Source: Octopus vulgaris
Lineage: Eukaryota
Reading direction: 5' to 3'
Assembly (NCBI GenBank): GCA_951406725.2
Contig: OX597816.1
Location: 97,588,001 to 97,652,000 of the forward strand
Length of the DNA: 64,000 nucleotides
Below the pieces are notes generated by a model. That model searched no databases, was not told the DNA's origin, and saw nothing but the letters and a program-made list of their open reading frames with translations. A program made the translations under genes and the position numbers. Positions 1 to 13,350 of this stretch are shown here, one piece after another (position 1 is the first letter of the stretch; each line of letters starts with the position of its first letter).

Positions 1-2340
1 ACACAGCCAATTGTGATTTTGGTATTTTTTTGTGAAGTTGGGAAATACTTTGTGTTTAAGCTCATCCACAGAATTAACAACAGAGGAAATGGCCACACTT
101 CCATTTCTTCTGCAGCGTCGAGAGGCACCTTGCCATTATCAAGTGTCAAAATGTCCTGTGCAAAGTTTGCGAACATTTGGCCGCCGTGTAGCTGAGCTCT
201 CATGTTAATGATAAGACTGAGGGTGGTAACATGATGCTACAGAGTAGAGGACTTTAGGCATGCTTGAATGGCATCTGCCCTAGTGCCTTTCTGAACGACA
301 GGAAGAGTTTGCCTGAAATCACCTGAAAACAGAAGCGTTACACCTCCCATTGGAGTCTGACAGTATCGGATGTCTTTCAGGGCTCTATCTAATGCTTCCA
401 ATGCTCCCTTGTGAGCCATGGTGTACTCATCCGAGTCGATTAGATGACACCTTTTAAGTACCTGCCCCTGATCTGAGCTTTTGCTGATGTTGCATGAAGG
501 CATCTCGGATGCTGCTAAATTGAGAGGAAGCTTAAAAGTCGAATGTGCTGTCCTGCCACCAGGTAACAAAGTTGCTGCAATCTCAGAGGATACTGCAATG
601 TCCTGGCGGCCTAACTTCTGCAAGGAGAAGCTTCGTAATAAATGTTTTTCCTATCCCCCCAAGAGCATCCAGGGAGAAGATTAGTCCCTTGTGTTTGCGT
701 ACACTGTTAAGAATAGTTCTGTAGGCCTGAAGCTGAACCGGAAGTAATTTAAGTTCGTTTTCAACAATGTACTTTGAAAGCGATTGAATGTCATAGGATA
801 TTTCACAAATGGCAGCAGTGGGAAGGCTATTTGACCCTGACCTGAATGTTTGTGGCATGCCATATGTGGACAATTCATTTCTACCCAGTGTAGCAGTTTT
901 GCCTTTAATGTCAATGAGAGTTTTGTTGCAGACTACATTGCTGATACCCTCCATGTCAGGATAGAGCAGTTCAGCTTGCCGCTTAAAGTCTTCAGCCACG
1001 TTGTCTTTGTATTTGAGCCATAGAGTGGCAGGATCAGACGGTTCACATGTCTGTAGTAATACTGCAAATAGTGCCCTGAGTGTTTTAGATAATTCTAATA
1101 AACCAGTCTCTCACAAAATTGCATTCCATTGTGCGCCATCTTCTAACAGACATTGTCGATAGCCGGCTTCTCTGTATGTTGTGCAGACATGTCCATAAAC
1201 GGTTTTCAGGGCCTGGAAACACGTTGGCCCCCTGAATTCATGCAGTAGTAGAAGGAAGTAGAAGCGGTCTTGTTGAGTGGGATGCACTGTGTATACTCGC
1301 CCAAAGCAAGTGTCAAACTTAATGCCAGGGTATCCATGAACATTTTGATCTGCTTTCCTCAGGGCCCATATTTTCCATTACAAGTGTAGTACGATGGATA
1401 CAGCAAAGATTGAGCGAATAGATTAACTTGACAAAGCTTGAAGAATGCAATGAACGTGCTATCCTTTGGTTCCTCTGCCAACAGAGAAATATTAGCATCG
1501 GTGAAGTACAGCCTTTGACCGTTTTCCAGGTGCACTGCAAGCTGTGGAATGACGGTGTGTAGTTGGTGAAGTGGAAAGCCAAAGATGCGCCAGAAAGCCT
1601 CGTTGCTACTTATGTACCGTCAGACTTGATAATGCGTCACCTCATCCTGGCAGTATTTTTGTTGAATTCCAACCATTGCAGCGTCAGAACCCTTGTTCAC
1701 ATACTTACAAATGTACTTTATGGACTTAACGGAGTTGCAAAACTCGAAAGTCTTTAACAGGAGTGGGCAGTAGGTAACAATCCATCTATTATCAAACTCG
1801 TGCTGTCCGATAGTTGCTGTGAAACTGCCGCCTTTTGGGTTTCTCCGTCTGTATGATGGATACCTATCAGCGCCTGTCTGAGTTTCGTGTAGGAACCTCC
1901 TTGGAAATATTTTTAAACATACGCTGTCGTTCAAGCATAGTGAGTTTATGTTGAATCCACGCCCACATGGACCATGCACCATGTTTGCCTTAACTATTTC
2001 GTGTAGTACTTTGTCTAAAGCTAGATCAGGAAGATCTGTAGAGATTATCTTGTCGATGTCAGTGGATTTGATCCTCGTTGAAAGCCAGTAGGACATGAAC
2101 ATGTGGAAGGCCGTTTTTTTGCCATTCGATTGAGTACATATCACATTGTATGGATCCGAAGACTTGCCCCTTTTTATGAGCTCCATGAGAGTGATTAACT
2201 TCAGATGGAAAACTCAGGCGAGGAGGCTATACCTGTCTTTAGGCTTTTGACCGAAGAAGAGTTCGGCCTGAATTTCCTTCCACTTGGGATTGCATGTGAA
2301 AGTTATGAACAGATCAGGTCTGCCGTAATTTCGGACAAGT
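1..2340 (-). pseudogene. Helitron Rep/PIF1-helicase pseudogene
   Basis: Rep motifs YGRPDLFITFTCNPKW (about 2280-2330), MVHGPCG, YPSYRRR, DNRWIV and SVKSIKYICKYVNKGSD. Helicase Walker A-like DALGGIGKTF, plus AATLLPGGRTAHSTFKLPL and GDFRQTLPVV. Several frameshifts and stops. Confidence 0.93.
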
Positions 2341-3140
2341 CTGCAGGCCTGCATTAATGAAGAAGCAAAAAATTATCGGTAAATTTTAATGCGTGCACTG
2401 GCACGCGTTTGCCTAAAGAAAACAGGATTATTTTCGCTCGGTATCAAGTATCCTCTTCCCTTATTCTTAATGAAAGAAATTGAAAATAAATTGATTGAAG
2501 CAATGTAAAAGATTAGGGAAGAAGTAAAAAATTATTTTGAAAGAAGTGAAAATGTGAAAGTTTGGTGTAGGGACATTTGAAAAGGGAAGATATTATTTTT
2601 GCATGATTGCATATCTGTCATGGAAAACATAGGAATGCGCTGGAAAAGAAAGAAAAGTGTTGGGAGTTGATTTGCAGCATGCCGTGTTACCACTGAACAG
2701 GGATTTGTAAAACGTTGTAAAACGCTGTCGTATTTATAAGAAAGCAAACAGCAAGAAGGATGAAGATATCAGTGGTGCTAAAGTGGTGTGGGGCCGTTTG
2801 AACTCACCGTGCGCCAGGAAGGTTAGAGGTGAAGTGGATCACTTGACAAGGTAGCATGTGGTTAATGTCACCATCTTCCATTGTCACGTAGTGAGAAGTA
2901 AGTTTTATTTCCCCTGTATGGGAATGAAATAAGAATGAGATATAAGAGGACAATGTTTCTGAGATTCCTGTTCGAATGTAAGGCAGGTCTGAAAGGCTTC
3001 CCAACAGTTATTAGTAGCAGTGGTAGACAGTCTATGACGTATGTCTATGTATGCATGTGTAAAATTTGAATGAAATTGGTTGGGTAGTTCTCGAGTTTTA
3101 GGGATTCACACAGACAAACAGACTGACACACATTCACATC
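1..3140 (-). mobile_element. Helitron, degenerate and internally deleted; 3' end lies beyond the window start
   Basis: Broken RepHel coding sequence on the minus strand (1-2340). A Helitron-type 5' subterminal region (gtctgtttgtctgtgtg...cctaaaactcgagaactacccaaccaatttcattcaaattttacaca on minus) lies at about 3055-3140. Confidence 0.88.
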
Positions 3141-3210
3141 TACACACACACACACACATATACATGTATGTATTTATGTATGTATATATATGTATGCCAC
3201 TCTCTCTTTC

Positions 3211-3420
3211 TCTTTTACTCTTTTACTTATTTCAGTCATTTGACTGCGGCCATGCTGCAGCACCGCCTTTAGTCGAGCAACTCGACCCCGGGACTTATTC
3301 TTTTTGTAAGCCCAGTACTAATTCCATCGGTCTCTTTTGCCGAACCGCTAAGTGACGGGGACGTAAACACACCAGCATCGGTTGTCAAGCAATGCTAGGG
3401 GAACAAACACAGACACACAA

Positions 3421-3465
<45 letters not shown>

Positions 3466-3626
3466 ACAGGCTTCTTTCAGTTTCCGTCTACCAAATCCAC
3501 TCACAAGGCATTGGTCGGCCCGGGGCTATAGCAGAAGACACTTGCCCAAGATGCCACGCAGTGGGACTGAACCCGGAACCATGTGGTTGGTTAGCAAGCT
3601 ACTTACCACACAGCCACTCCTGCGCC
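3211..3626 (-). mobile_element. tRNA-derived SINE, family A, full length with internal microsatellite
   Basis: Minus strand starts ggcgcaggagtggctgtgtggtaag (A box) and includes gggttcagtccc (B box). Internal (TA)/(TG) tract and a (gagtaaaa)n tail. Homologous copies at 7698, 9068, 21790, 33556 and 46882/49930. Confidence 0.9.
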
Positions 3627-3639
3627 TATTCAGTTTATT

Positions 3640-4470
3640 TCAAGATTTCTTGCCAATACAGTAAGAACCGGTTTCTAACCGAGATACAAGGGTTCTTCAT
3701 CGGAAGTTCAACATCAACAACGGTATTTTTGTTTGTTTGTTTTTTTGTTTGTTTGTATGTATGTTTGTATTTATGTATGTATGCATGTGCAAACTTGTAT
3801 GTTTTATATATGTATTCTCATACATATAGTTGCATATTTAAACATGCTGGTATATATTTAAATGATAAACTTCTGGAGAGTTTTACAGTTCCAGTGATGG
3901 ATTGGGTCTGTAGTCTTCGGATTAGTTCTCTCCTTTCTAATTCTGAGAAGCGTAATTTCTCAAGGTTGGTATTTAGGCAGTGTGTTACATATCCCAGGGC
4001 CTCAATAATTACAGGAAGAAACCTGCACTTGTAATCTGGATAGAGTAACTGCAGATTTTTTAGCAGTTTAGCATAGGTGTTCTTTTTTCACTGATCTTCA
4101 GCTTTATGTTAACATCCTCTGGGCAGCTAATTTCCACAACTATGCACAGTTTCTCTTCTCTGTCTCAAATCACCATACCAGGTCTGTTGTGCTTATATTT
4201 TATTGAGGTCTTCACTGGTACATTCCACCGGTATTCTTTTTTATTATGAGTGGCTATGGCTTCTATCATATTGAGGGTTCTTTGCCTTCGGGATTATACT
4301 TCCCGTGGATTTCATTATAGAATGTCCGAGCTGTAACGTCATGTCCCATCGGCAGATAATACCGTGATGACATTTTCAGACAACTGCTTATGATGTAGGT
4401 AGTATCTTTAGTGTGAACTCCGCAAAGTCTGCATCGGTTGTCACACTTTATGGCTTTACCTGCTTCTCTA
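3640..4470 (-). mobile_element. 3' fragment of an RLE-type (R4/Dong-like) LINE
   Basis: CRLCGVHTKDTTYIISSC zinc-finger remnant, then WNVPVKT..HNRPGMVI..KLCIVVEISCP (PD-(D/E)XK endonuclease) and a PVII-ALG-like motif. Degenerate. Confidence 0.8.
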
Positions 4471-7400
4471 TCCCTTTTGTGCGTGTTTGTGTATGTATGT
4501 ATGTATGTATGCATGCATGCACGTACGTACATGTGTATGTTGCACGCTGTGTACATGTGTAAGCAGAAATATATCTTGGTAAATATTGAGGAAGGACTAT
4601 GAAATAGCGCGTAATTATGTTTTTAGTGTGTTTGTGTTTGTTTTTGTGAAAAAGAAGGAAAGAGCGGAATTAAATTTATTGAAATCGCATTTGTTTGGAA
4701 GTAGATACACATTTCAATTACGTCATTATGAGATGCTATCTCTGTACAGAAAGCAAATCTCTGTTTCTATGATCTGTAGCATATTTTGTAGATTTTAAAA
4801 TATTGATTTCTATTCTAAATTTTAAATTTTATCTTGTTGGATGTGATTTTTTTCATATATAAATAGAAAAAAAATATTTAAAATCCTGATTGAATTAACT
4901 GCTCATAGTTTAAATGCAAAATGTTATTAGATATTACATGAACCAAAAATGAAAGTCATTTATAGTTAATGCATTTTTTCTGTTATGCAAGTTTTTCTTT
5001 TACCTTTTTTTCTTTTACTTATTACTTAATGTCAGTCGCACCATTTCGAAAGACAGTCAGCTCCAAACTCCAATAAACAGTCCAAAGTTAAATGAGATTA
5101 AACAACAACAAAAAAAAAAAAAAAAAGAAGACAACCGAACTTAGCGCTTCGGCTACAATTTAATAATCTATTTCACGGATCGTTGACTGAACTCTGAATG
5201 TTATTTTTACTTTCTTTAAATCTAATTCTTTTCGTATTTCCATTTAGACTCATATTTCTACAGTAGTCTCGAGCAGCAGCTGTCCGAGTGTTGATGACTA
5301 CTGAAATAGAGAAGCCATAGCGATTCATATCTCGGCTACAAGCTCTCTCAGTTGAATTACGTGCTAATAAGTATTATACTCATAAAAAAAACTCACTAAT
5401 CTGAAGATCATTGAAAGAGTAACGTTATTACATTGTTATTATTTGTACTGCGAAAGGCCACTGTTTTGCTTTTCCTAGATGATGGTGCCATACTATACGA
5501 TTATGAAGCTGAAACAAGAATACATTTTAAATAGAACAAATCTTTTGAGTATCTCTGACCTTGAAGAATTAAATTTGTGGTGGTCAGTATAAATTAGATG
5601 TATATATTTCTCTAGTATTTCTCTCCTCGTTTGTAGTTATGTCGTACCAATATTGTTTTCACAAACGATTGAAGTTCGTCGTATTTATTTTCTCTTTTTA
5701 CTGCATGTTTGCTCGCCATATTATTTGGTCCGGGCTCGATATTCCTTTATCCATAGTAACGAGGAATTTTCGCCCGTCATTTTCGCCGCTGCATATATTA
5801 TTTCGTCTAACATGGCCATATTGATGCGTATTTCTGCCTTGGAATGATTTGCTTTGTTCTTATTGTTGTTGCAATTTCAACGTTTAATTTCATCTATGAG
5901 AAATATGTTTATTGACCAATAGGAAGATCTAGTGTTATTAAATTGTTTAATTATTTTTATACCTAGAATTTCTATTCCTCATTTTTACATTTGCACATTT
6001 TGTTTTCCTGTTTCAGCTCTTTATCATGCTCATAATATTTAGTTGTTCTAATATTCAAATTTGCTGTGCACTTTGTTAACTATCTGCTAGCTATCTAATA
6101 ACTAAGAATTCAAATATATGTCATATGAAGCAAAACACCACTACAACTCATACTCTTCAAACGTGAACAGCACTGACTAACGATTTCTCTTGGTAAAATT
6201 ATATCCTTACCATAGTTTGACGTCATTACTGAGGCTAGTCCTGTTTAAGGCCAGATTATATATTCCAGCCACCAAGAGCTGCTGAAACTGTACAAACTCT
6301 GTGAAGCTATGAATGGAGTACTGCAAATCCAGACCATTAAAATGATCGGTATTCAGTAACTGACGAACAAAGTACATACTCCGGCCCACAAGTATGTTGT
6401 ATTTTGAATCACGTGCTCTGTTCCTTGGAATTTGCTGGTCTCGCACATTCACCACTAGCGCACTCCTAATCAAGTTACCAATCCTTCATTCATCATCCTT
6501 GGGCGTCCACCATTATTTCTGCCAACTAATCACAATGCTCAATTAGTTATCTCCCGGGCATTGGTCAGCTGTTAATTAGAAAACATGCATAGACAGATTC
6601 AATGTTAGGAATTTCTGCGTGAGACCGTCTTGAGAGAGTTTACGTATATCAACGTGTTTTCTTAAACGTTCCTATTTTTAGGGAACTTTTGAAAACCCTT
6701 ACAAAAATAACTGTTTAAACCAATAGTTGTGGTAGTTAAAACGGGTTAATTGTCACATTGGTTAATGGCTATAATTTATTTAGTTCAACAGTTCAGTTAA
6801 CGTTATACCTTAGAGTTTCAGCTCGCGTGTAGCCAAAATGATAATCTTTAGGTATTGCTATTGAGATAATAAACAGTTGTCAATTTACTCATGAACAGTG
6901 GTAAAAGGTTTATTATGTTCGACAACCTATTGCGTGTTAAGTTTCTATAGTATGTTTAACTTATTTTTTCTCCAGACCAGTTGGAATTTCCTCTATCTAC
7001 TAGGGAAGAGAGAGAAATAAAGAGATAGAGAGAGAGAAACAGAGAAACAGATAGATAGAAATGGAGAATGTACTTTCTGGTTTGTAAGCCTGTACCTAGA
7101 GTTATTGTGGCACAGTTTAATACAGTGTGGTGTATTCTTTAAGGAAACAGGCGATATTCGCCAGCTTATAATACACCGCTTTTTAAAAATCTTTTACAGT
7201 TTTGAGGCATTGGGCACCGACTATGGAGGAGCAACGATTTGAAAAGTTTCACTCAAACGCATCTCATTCCTCCCATACTGGTTATGCTGGTTGTCCTGCA
7301 GTGTTGTGGTGTGAGGCGACAAACAGGCAAAGGGACACATAGACACAGAGTCAAACACACAGACAAAGACGCACAAATGCACACACACACACACGCTCGC

Positions 7401-7697
7401 AAACACATATAATTTAATATTTACAGTATACGAGCGACATAAAATCTAAAGTACACTATGTACGAGCGACTAATAACTTTTTATGTGAAGTCACGTGTCT
7501 AGGTAGGTGTTATAATATGTCTTGTTTCTTCAAGCAATCCCCTCGTTCAAAGCTTGTACAAGCAAAGTATGTTAAAAAAACCTGTTCAGATATGCGTTAG
7601 GAGCAAGAAAGTATAAGTAACTCGTATCTTTATACTGTGTACATTAAATGATATACATGCGATAGAAGTTGAAAATGTACTGAGAATACACTTATAC

Positions 7698-8096
7698 CCT
7701 TTTACTTGTTTCAGTCATTTGACTGCGGCCGTGCTGGAGCACCGCCTTTAGTCGAGGAAGTCGACCCCAGGACTTATTCTTTGTAAGCCTAGTACATATT
7801 CTATCGATCTCTTTTGCCGAACCACTAATTTGCGGGAAATTAAACACATCAGCAGCGGATGTCAAGCGATGTTGGTGGATGGGTGGGATAAACACAGACG
7901 CACAAACACACACATATATAAATACATATACATATATACGACAGGCTTCTTTCAGTTTCCGTCTACGAAATCCACTCACAAGGCTCTGGTCGGCCCGAGG
8001 CTATAGTAGAAGACACTTGCACAAGGTGCCAGGCAGTAGGACTGAACCCGGAACAATATGTTTGGTAAGCAAGCTACTTACCACACAGCCACTCCT
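7698..8096 (-). mobile_element. tRNA-derived SINE, family A
   Basis: Colinear with 3211-3626 (head, B box, internal microsatellite, tail). Confidence 0.9.
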
Positions 8097-8371
8097 AACC
8101 GGTTTCACAGTTTACACAGATTGTCAAAAATTGAGATAGTAAGATGTGGGTTATGCCGCAGCTGTCTTGCTTCTGAGTAGCATTTGAAGCTTGTCCTATT
8201 TTTATAGGACAAGTGAACGCGGAATTACCCATCGAAGGAATTCACAGCGCGTGTAACAACTAGTTGTAGCCATAGACGTTAAATACGTATCAATATGCTT
8301 CACCGTAACATGGAACATAACGGATAGCCACCACAGTGTCTGCACTGATAATATATCCCTCCAAACTCACA

Positions 8372-8389
8372 TCATTATTATTATTATTA

Positions 8390-8443
<54 letters not shown>

Positions 8444-8472
8444 TTATTATTGTTGTTGCTGTTGTTATTGTT
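8372..8472. repeat. (ATT)n/(GTT)n microsatellite forming the tail of the adjacent LINE fragment
   Basis: Directly visible in the sequence. Confidence 0.95.
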
Positions 8473-8600
8473 GTCACAGCTTATATTGCTGGATGTGATG
8501 GAAAGTATCAGCTGTTCACAACCAGCAGACTAAGGTGACAGCAACTAAGGTTCATACGTTCGACAAGACTGCTTTTCTTTTGTCAGCTGCCGATTTCCAC
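8473..8600 (-). mobile_element. 3' UTR fragment of a Dong-like LINE (same family as 45888-46165)
   Basis: Reverse complement gtcaccttagtctgctggttgtgaacagctgatactttccatcacatccagca matches the 3' UTR at about 46093-46146. Confidence 0.7.
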
Positions 8601-9067
8601 CACTGTAACTGACATGCCATTTCTATTTTCTGCGCATAATATAGAATTCAGTGAATGATGCTGTCAAGAAACGTTCCGTTCCTCGCCCTTCTTCACCTTC
8701 ATTTTGGCTATTTTTACTCCTTTCGTGTCCATCATTCAAATCCCGCTTTCAAGATTATTTCTACAGTAATTCTAAAACTTCCTATTTTGACAACAGTAGA
8801 TAAATTTCCTAACCATTTTAGGGACATCATGTTGGTTACTGACCATGCCAATACAACTCTTATGCAAAATAAATCATTCGAATGACTTTCAAATATACAC
8901 ACACCAGCATGTATCTGAATTGCTTACTTCCTTATTACAGTTTCTCCATGCTAATTTCAAAGTAATATTTTTAGTTGCCGTCATTTTCAATTTTCATTAA
9001 ACATCATGCTTCTACATATGCAAATTGAAAGCTACTAAAACATAGAAAAATACTATACACCCAGATC

Positions 9068-10065
9068 TGACTGTGTGTTAAGCAGCTTGATTTTAAAACA
9101 CATTCTTTAGGTTTCGTTCCCAATGTATAGCACCTTAACAAGGTGTCACCTTAGGCAAATATCTTCTACTATATTCTGGAGCCGACCAAATCCTTGTGAG
9201 AGGATTTGGTAAACGAAAACGGAAAGCAGTCCGTCCTATGTATGCATGTATGTATGTATGTGAGGTCACTTTCGAGTGCTACTGGTAACATGTAACCCAG
9301 TACTACCTGTTGCATGGTCGGGTCGTCGGCGACTAAACCGGCAACCTCACCAAGCTCGCTTGGTGAGGAGGGTGTTTATTGGTCACCCTGCGGGATGAAA
9401 AACAAAACCCGTCAAAGGGCGGAGGAACTCTTGAGAGTCAACGGCCATCCAATAAATGTCTTAAAGCTGTATCATGCGCGGGGTCATAGAAATAATCGGA
9501 TTGAATACCCGATCGCGCAGTTAAACCATTGGGTGTGAAGGACTCCTAGCCTTTGTTAGGGCATCCTTCTAGGAGAAGGTAACTCAGGTAACTGGGATAA
9601 CTCCGACATAAAACCTGCGGCTCAGTGGTTACCGATGATGTTGACCTGTTCTTCTTTTCGGATTATGGCTGCTGTTGCTTAGTGAGTGGGATTGACTCAG
9701 TGTACAGCCTTTCCTCACTTAAAACATCTTCTTGCACAGGCATTGCACGATAACAACATTGATTAAGCTTCGTGCAATGGCCATACTCGATAACAAGTGG
9801 CAGCCACCATGTATGTATGTATGTATGTATATATATATGTGTGTATGTGTGTGTGTGTTTGTGTCCGTATTTGTTTCTCACTCCACCGCTTGACAACCGG
9901 TGTTGGTATGCTTCTGTCCCCTTTTATAGCGGTTCGGCAGGTGAAATGCATAGAATAAGTATCAGGCTTTAAAACCTATAAATAGTGGGATTCATATATT
10001 CGACTAGAAAGTTCTTCAAGGTGATGCAACAGCATGACCGTAGTCTAATGAATGAAACAGATATT
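9068..10065 (+). mobile_element. tRNA-derived SINE, family A (degenerate), split by an insertion at 9262-9810
   Basis: The 5' half (9068-9237) and 3' half (9830-10065) match family A. The insertion sits in the internal (TATG)n tract. Confidence 0.8.
9262..9810 (+). mobile_element. Non-coding, hairpin-rich non-autonomous retroelement, probably RTE-derived
   Basis: Motif gggcatccttctaggagaaggtaactc resembles the RTE 5' UTR motif. Multiple hairpins. Flanked by (TATG)n on both sides. Confidence 0.6.
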
Positions 10066-10483
10066 AAAAAAAAAAGAACAGATATTTAGGTGGTGCAAAC
10101 ATTTCATTCGTATCAGCTTTGTGGATATGAGTCGTTACAATGTTAGTAGATTCCTGTTATTTCTCTTCGCCATAACTTAACTGTGGTTTATAACCTTGAT
10201 AGCAGACATATTTATATCTAATATCTCATTTCTAGCAGAGAATTCAATTTCTATTATTAGGTAAATTCTGTTCAGTACACTTTTCTAATTTTCTCTTTCA
10301 ATTCTGTCTCTTGTATATTAACAGCTTCCTATGATCGCTATTGCTTCGTCGAGTAGTTCAGAATTAGCGTTCTATGATTTAGCCTAATTAAATATTCTCA
10401 TTTTATGTGAACTTACTCTTTTGTGTTGAAGTTTTGGCACATTTGTCTAATCCTATCAAAGCATTCTTATGTTTTAGTAGTCA

Positions 10484-10605
10484 TTCTTCTTCTTCTTCTT
10501 CTTCTTCTTCTTCTTCTTCTTCTTCTTCTTCTTCTTCTTCTTCTTCTTCTTCTTCTTCTTCTTCTTCTTCTTCTTCTTCCTCGTCATCTTCGTCGTCGTC
10601 GTCGT
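10484..10605. repeat. (TTC)n/(GTC)n microsatellite
   Basis: Directly visible; it produces the poly-S, poly-L and poly-E ORFs in the track. Confidence 0.97.
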
Positions 10606-10609
10606 GTTT

Positions 10610-13100
10610 GGCCATTAGAATATATACACCAGATTGTTTATTTATAGAGTCAGGTGATAGAAAGAAGGGGAAGAAAGACAGCGGAAAGAAAGAAAAAAGA
10701 AAATCAAAAATAGGCAACAAATAAGATAAAGGGGAAAGGGAAAGCAAATTTTCAGTGACACTGCTCTTCTCAATACGTGTGACGTACAAGTTAAGACAAT
10801 CTTTCGTACTTCCTACTTTGATGGTAAGCCAGGGATCATCCTCAAATAATTTTCAGCTCCCTTTTTAATCATTCCAAGTGCTTCTGCAATCACTGGTGTT
10901 GTAACCGTCTTGAGATACCGCATGTTTTCAATTTCAATCAGCAAATCTTTATATTTTGGGGGCTTATCAAATTGTTTTCCCGAAATATTATGATCGCAAC
11001 GTAAGCTCATGTCAATCAATAAGCAGATTTTATTGCTTTGGTCTTTCACAACAATATCTGGTTTATTAGCTTTGATGGTCCAATCTGTAGATACTGGAAA
11101 GTCCTAAACAATCGTTACATTTTCTTTCTTAATTTCAGCTTCGGGGTGGTGCCTGTACCATTTGCCTGCAGTTTTGATTTTATAATGCCGACATATCCGG
11201 TGTAAATATTGGGTAACTTTATCATATTTTGGCTTATACTCTACTGGCGCTAAATCCTTACACCCAATGTTAGGTGGTCCCCTGTTTCAATCTCATCGTT
11301 GCAGTATCGGTACTTCGGGTCTACTCCATTTTTCATCACATTCTTTTGTTAGTTCCGGGCCTATAAGCTCTGATCTTCAGTATCTGAGAAAAAGCATTCA
11401 TTCTCTGTCTTTATTCATGAGTTCCATAGCCAGGGATGTGTGTTCCTGGTCTACATCAGGTTGTTTGCTACGGGTCATATATTTGCCACGCAGAGGTTTT
11501 TGTTCCCACCTATTTGCCAATTGTTCAAGCACATGTTGCTTTGCCATTGATTTAACATTTTTGGCAACAATAGGTTCATGCATAATATCCCCATTCGTAA
11601 AAAATCTGGATATTATGCATGAACCCACAAGCAAATTTTTGTTCTCCTTCATCACAGAATGAAACTCCTTCTGTCTCTCGTGGTTTTTAACGTCTTTTAG
11701 TATCCAGTAGTTAGATGTTTCAAGATATTTGGCCAGTCTAGTTGTGGTGGTTTTCTAAGAGATTTCAAATTCGATCAGACCGCAACCTCCTCCAGCTCTG
11801 TGAAGTTTAAGACGATCTGCGTCTCACTTTGGGTGGTACATCTCCTTGCAAGTCAGCAGCTTACGGATTTTCTAGTCAATTTTCCTTATTTCGCTCATAT
11901 TCCAGTTCAACACATTAAAACTGTAAGTAACAGCGGGATCTGCGAAGGAATCTATGGCCAATATCATGTTACGTGCATTTAACCCAGATTTTAGAACTGC
12001 TCGAACTCTCTTGTAACATGCCTTCCTGATCTTCGCTTTCATGCTTGCATGCCTGATACCTTTGTTCCTGCTCAAGAAGTTTTATAACTGTCAACATCTA
12101 ACACCACTGAATGTGAAGTCTTCAATTACACTTTTTAGAAAGTGGCCTTGACAAATTTATCAAGAACAAGTTCCATCGCGATGTCATGACTGAATGCTTT
12201 CACAGTACGCAAGAGATCTTCAAGCTCAGTATCGTCTTTGCCACAGAGTTTTAAGCAATCCATGTAAAATAGCGGGTTTATTTTCTTGTCAGTTTTATAC
12301 CCATAAACTGTTCTATTCAGTTCACTTGTAAGGGGTATTAGGTTTATGCAATAAGTTGAAAGAGTTGGAGGGAGTCACTTTGGAAAATATCAGAGTAGAT
12401 ATTAATATTGTTTGTAGGTATAATTGGAGATTTGTATTCCACACTGACATGTGCTTCAGGAAGTTTGAAATTACAGGAGAAATTTTCAAGATATCCAGTG
12501 ATCTCAAGATCAATGAATGAAGTATGCTGTCAAAGGTCTTTTTTTATAATTAATCCATGCGGCACTAAGATTTCTCTGCGTTTGTTATGACAGTTCTGAA
12601 GGATCATGCAACTGATTAGGAGTTGAGCTTTGTATCTATATGAGCCCCATCCGCACCCTTTTTGTTCAGTGGGAAAATATTGTTCTGTTTTATAAAAGTG
12701 TATGATTTATTCACGTGGATTAATATTAAAATTTTATACGTGGTAGATAGACTGGTTATGGGCCTTGCTGACCAATCAGCTGTTTTAAGATTTCTCATAA
12801 TCTCATTGAATATCTGGACTACCTTCTCGTGTGCGCACGGGAGCTATGTGACCCACAAATTTGGCTCCTGTATTTACCAGGAGATTTCCTCTCATGAGCC
12901 TTCGTATTTGTGATCCTAATGTCTGCTATTTTGATGTATTCTCATGCTTGTTCTGGTAAATTTTTGTGGGATCCTTCTGTGCGTCTAGTCCAGTCTGCAT
13001 TTTCATCGTATGTCTTTTCATCATTCCAAATATTTTGCCATATTTTTGTTTTCTCAGAGGCATACAACTGGTTTCAATTGCTTAGCAGATGCATTATAAT
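10610..13100 (-). mobile_element. R4/Dong-like RLE LINE, older degenerate family B
   Basis: Fragments RPITSLSTTYK, FYMDCLKL (YMDD-like), YKRVRAVLKSGLNARN, WEQKPLRGKY and KANKPDIVVKDQSNKICLLIDMS..KYKDLLIEIENM..PVIAEALGMIKK. Many disruptions. Confidence 0.88.
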
Positions 13101-13350
13101 TATTATTTGACTCAGTGGGATTAAGTTTTAGTTCTTTTATTCTTTATTTCTATTTTTTGCCAATTTTAAATTGTTTACCATTACACCAGCAGTGTTCATT
13201 GTTAGTGAGCTCTAATACCACGTGGTCTCTATCATTGCAGCCAACCTTTGTAGCCGTGGCAATGGCGCAGCCGTTATCATCGTTGTTATGAGCTGCTAAT
13301 GAGCTGATCCTACTACTGTGTAATATTTTAGAATAGTCTTTAGTTTCGAG

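Noticed and set aside
3560-3626. tRNA-like A and B boxes (also at 8040-8096 and 58225-58290)
   Set aside because: These are SINE heads continuing into SINE bodies; no complete cloverleaf is evident.
3661-3708. Hammerhead-like ccgatga..gaaaccggtt on the minus strand
   Set aside because: The core is altered and no stem I pairing can be drawn.
8190-8213. Perfect 10-bp hairpin cttgtcctat/ataggacaag
   Set aside because: It is isolated and has no supporting motif; not interpretable as a terminator in eukaryotic DNA.
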